Assembly (NCBI GenBank): GCA_964016885.1
Contig: OZ024740.1
Span: 412,858,001 to 412,922,000, forward strand
Origin: Eledone cirrhosa
Taxonomy: Eukaryota
Reading direction: 5' to 3'
DNA length: 64,000 nt
Shown: positions 60,092 through 64,000 of the stretch, piece by piece
Layout of the letters: every line of letters starts with the position of its first letter
Position numbering within the stretch: the stretch's first letter is position 1
Notes under the pieces: model-generated
Database searches by the model: none
The model's input: only the letters and a program-made list of their open reading frames with translations
What the model was told of the DNA's origin: nothing
Translations under genes and position numbers: made by a program

Positions 60092-60459
60092 TATACACAT
60101 ACATATATTCGAGGCTAATTTGTTCAATCCTCCTTGTAATGTCGAATCTCTAAAAGCGTTCAAATTCGGACAAAATAAAAAAAAGACGAATGCGGGATGT
60201 TGTCCAGCGTTTCTAAATGTCAACTCCGAAACTACAAAGGACATGTATGGAACATAGTTACTTGAAGTTTATTCCGCTCACCATTTGTAGCAAGTATCCT
60301 TCTTGCTTCCATTGAACACATAGATGTATACATACATACAGACACACACACACACATATATATAGTAATGAGAATAGAGAACTTAATGTGAGCAAGAAGC
60401 CAACAGTATTTCATAATATATAAGTGACTATAACGTCAAAATGGAAAATAATTAACGTA

Positions 60460-61003
60460 TCTCAATTTAAAAAAAATCAAGACAGAGATTTTATCCACAG
60501 ATTTTGTGAAATTCAGGGAAAAACCAATAGTCTTAACTCAGAATAAAATAAAGTTTAAATACTCATCCTTCAATTTGGAAAAACTACAAATGCTCTATAT
60601 AGTCTTAAAAAGACTATTTCACGAAACCTTTCAGTGGGATTAGTCACGGTTGGAATCGTTCCTCAGTAGAGCTCAACACGATAACATATATATATGTATC
60701 CAAAATTAATTAAATTAAATTAAATTAAATTAAATTAAGGGAGACATGAGCCATATCCACCGTAGAATAAGCTCAAGGATTCCAATGAATAGATCCGAGC
60801 ATTTTATATCAACTAGAAATTATCCCTTGTGATTGTTTCATGTGTTTATTTTATATATGTATATATGTCAATCAATTTCTAGTTGATATAAAATGCTCGG
60901 ATCTATTCATTGGAATCTTTGAGCTTATTCTACGGTGGATATGGCGCATGTCTCGGACATGACTCCCTTAATTTAATTTAATTAAATTAATTTTGGATAT
61001 ATA
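60460..61003. mobile_element. Two-arm element with ~125-bp inverted repeat and a hammerhead in the long arm
   Basis: 60697-60821 inverts to 60874-61000; left boundary approximate. Confidence 0.65.
60592..60672 (-). ncRNA. Canonical type I hammerhead ribozyme
   Basis: GCUCUA-CUGAGGA-ACGA...UCGU-GAAA-UAGUC-UUUUUAA-GACUA-UA-UAGAGC. Confidence 0.85.
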
Positions 61004-61431
61004 CACGGCTCCTTAATTGTAGAGCTAAGTCAGTTGAAAGGACTCGGCTGCTATTTATAGCTGTCGATTACCCTGTTCACGCCACTCGGATGATGCTAGT
61101 ATGTTGTTATTAGTTTTAGAATTGCAACACGTGCGATGGGTCATTCGCAGATTTGCATTTGATGTGTAAACACAGATAGTTAAATCTTCTCCCTTGCCGA
61201 AGATCGGTTTTTGACTACTGTGACTTAGCGGATTAATGGTGAAATATATTTCTTTAATGAAATATATACAAGGAAGATTAATCATTTTTTAAAAGGTAAT
61301 TTTTGAAGTTCTAGTTAAACTTTAATTAGTTAACTGCCTAGCGATGTGTGATTACACACTTTACAAATTTTCCCGTGTGATTGTTTCATGTGTTTATTTT
61401 AGATATGTGTATGTGTGTCTGTCTGTGTGTA

Positions 61432-61681
61432 TCTCGGGTTCAATGGGGGGTAACCACAGTAAGAAAGGTACTCAATACTACCAGAATATAAATATTTAAT
61501 ATAGAAATGGCTTCTACAGGACTAGAACTGTTTCATTCGGGAGAACTCACCAGGGAGCCCTGATGATTTCTCCCGAATGAAACAGTTCTAGTCCTGTCGA
61601 AGGCATTTCTATATTAAATATTTATATTCTGGTACTATTGAGTACCTTTCTTACTGTGGTTACCGCCCATTGAACCCGAGA
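61432..61681. mobile_element. Symmetric family B palindrome
   Basis: ~124-bp arms about 61556-61557; hammerhead-like core at 61560-61593. Confidence 0.85.
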
Positions 61682-61714
61682 CGCACACGCACACGCACAC
61701 ACACACACATATAT

Positions 61715-64000
61715 AATGGAAAAATTTGAACAGGGACAAAACAGAGAGGCAGTACAACAAATGTTTATTAATTTCACGCTCCGGAGAGTGGGGTGTTGGT
61801 GGGGGACGACGTTTCGGGCATAAGCCCTTCCTCAGGTGGGAAGTGTGTTGGGACAGAGTTCAAAGGGTGTGTAGGGGAGTGGTGGAGAGACATATAGCGA
61901 AAGGAAACGGTGGGAATGAAAAAATAAAAAATAAAGATAAAAATAAAAATAAAGCATGATCAAAATACAAGGAATGAGATAAATTTAAAAATAAAGGCAT
62001 GATCAAAATAAACTGAAATTAAAAGGGGGTTAAACAGGTGGTGGAAGGGTGTGAGGTGTGTAGGGGTGGTGGCTGGTGGAGTGGGGAGAGGGAGACGGGG
62101 TGTCCAAGCGGGGAGGGCTGAAGGTGGTGTGTGTGTGTAGGTGTGCGTGTGTGTGTGTGTGTGTGTATGTGAAAGTAAGGGTTGGAGGAAGAACGGGGTT
62201 GCATGTTCAGGAAGAGGTGTGTGTGTGGGGGGGGGGGAGTTTGTGGGTCGGAGTGTCTGTGCGTGTGTGGATAGAGGGGTGGGGGGAGAGGAATCAGGAG
62301 GCTGAGGGTGTAGATATGTGGTGGAAAGCACGTCTGTGGGGTTTAAGCGTGTTGTGGGTCTAGGTGGCGTGTGGAGAAAACATTTTTTGTTTGGGGTGTG
62401 TGTGTGGGTGAGTTATATAGGTGATTACGTAAGAGGATGGTTGAAAAGTTGGTAAATTCCGAAGATGTTTAGTGGATTGGTGGCTGGTCAATTTCTGCGT
62501 GTGGGTATTCCATGAAGCGATGGTCGGAAGAGAGGAGATGTGGGGTGCGCGCGCAACAGGAAGTGGTCAGCAGTGGGAGTGCTGTGGTCTGTTTGTGCTG
62601 GGAGGTGGTCAGAGGGCATAGCAGCAGTCGGTGGAATGGTAAAGGGGCGAGGATGAGTAGGTGTGAAAGTTGGAGTGAGGAGGATGTGTGTGTGTGTATT
62701 AGTAGGGGTGTTAGTGGGATGATTGAGTGTTGAGCGAGGGTGTGGGTGGAGCGGGGAGAGAAGGGTGTGTGTGGTTCTATGGAGGGAGTGTGGTGTACTG
62801 GTGTGTGTGTAGTTTGATGAAGAGGTGTTAGTGGGTGTTAGTATACGGGAGGTGGGGAGGGGTTGAATGCAGGTGTGAGTGGGGGTTAGTGGTGGTAGGG
62901 TGTGTAGAGTTAGTGGTGTACGAGGGTGTGTGGGTATGTGTGCGTGGGGTTAGGGGGTGTTAGTGATGTAAGTTGCGTGTGGGGTGGGTGGTGTAAGTGG
63001 GTGCGTGTGTTCGTGTGCTTGGGGTTAGGGGGTGTTAGTGAGGTTAGTTGCGGAGTGGTGGGATGGAGGTGTGGGGGTGAGAGTGTGGGGGTGAGGGTTA
63101 GTGGTGGTAGTAGGGTGTGTGTTTAGTGTGAGCGCGTGTATATATGTGCCGGTGGGTGTGTGCGTGTGATAAGGAGGGGGGAGGAGAACAGGGGAGGGAA
63201 GGGATGTTAGTATGTTAGTTGGGGAAGGGTGGTCAGATGAGGGGTGGAGTGGAGGTGTTAGTATTGTTAGTTGTGGGGTGGGCGGTGAAAAGGAGGGGTG
63301 TGTTAGTGGTGTTAGTGGGGGATAAGTGTGTGTGTGGGGGGGGGGGGGGCGTTCGAAGGCTAAAGGAATAAGGGTGGGGAGTTCAGGCCGGCTGGAGTGT
63401 GGGTCTGTAAGATGAAGATAGTTCGTTGTTCGACCGTAAGGCGATTGGCGGGGGTTCCGTGGCACTGGAGTAGGCCACAGACTCTGAGATGGCGTGCGGA
63501 ATGTCCAGGGCCACCAAAGTGGCGGGCGATGGGGGAACTGCCCCCGAGACGAATATCCCGGAGGTGCTCCGTGACTCGGTCCGCCAGGCGACGTCGCGTC
63601 TGTCCGACATAAGTCCGTAGACTAGGTTGGAGGAGGTGCAGCGGAAGGCATGCCGGACAGAGAGAGAGTGGCCGTTGGGACCCTGGAAGGTGGTGGTGTT
63701 GGTGATGTGGGGACATGTGTTGCAGCGAGGCCTAGAACAGCGTGAGGAACCGGGGGGGGGCAGAGCGTGGGTTGAGGGGTAGGGAGCTGTGGACGAGGAG
63801 GGTGCGGAGATTGAGTGCGCGTTTGAAAAAGGGGAGTGGTGGGTTTGGGAAGATGTGGGAGATGGAGGGGTCGGACTGGAGGCGTCGGAAGAGGCGGCAG
63901 ATGGTGCGGTGGAGGGGTAAGGTGGAGGGGTGGTAGGTGATGGGGAAGGGGAGACGGTGGGTGGGTGTACGGTGGCGTGGGGTGAGGGTGGTGGAGCGGG
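61715..64000 (-). mobile_element. Second copy of the C-rich Neptune-like PLE, running off the window end
   Basis: Colinear with ~16560-18720; 25-nt deletion between gactt repeats inside GIY-YIG. Confidence 0.9.

Overview
Animal genomic DNA with no recognisable host gene. It is probably an octopod cephalopod, judged from the tRNA-derived SINE family and the very dense (TA)n/(CA)n tracts (inference from memory, not a search). The window is almost all retroelements. It holds five Penelope-like elements (PLEs: two Naiad-like and three Neptune-like copies) and one further PLE remnant, a composite Tx1/L1 element bracketed by (GATA)n, a near-intact RTE LINE in (TA)n, R4/Dong fragments, SINEs, Helitron ends and a mariner relic. 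The main signal is a set of about ten distinct type I hammerhead ribozyme (HHR) motifs, several with the compensatory U3-A8 core. Many sit in short non-coding elements made of two outward-pointing arms inserted in (TA)n. Three insertions of one Naiad-like family share base-exact ends, 17 nt and 98 nt past the predicted cleavage site, which suggests a fixed two-site (twin-priming-like) integration mechanism. One element's arms imply a ~430-nt tandem or circular (retrozyme-like) template. Most ORFs in the supplied track are microsatellite artefacts.
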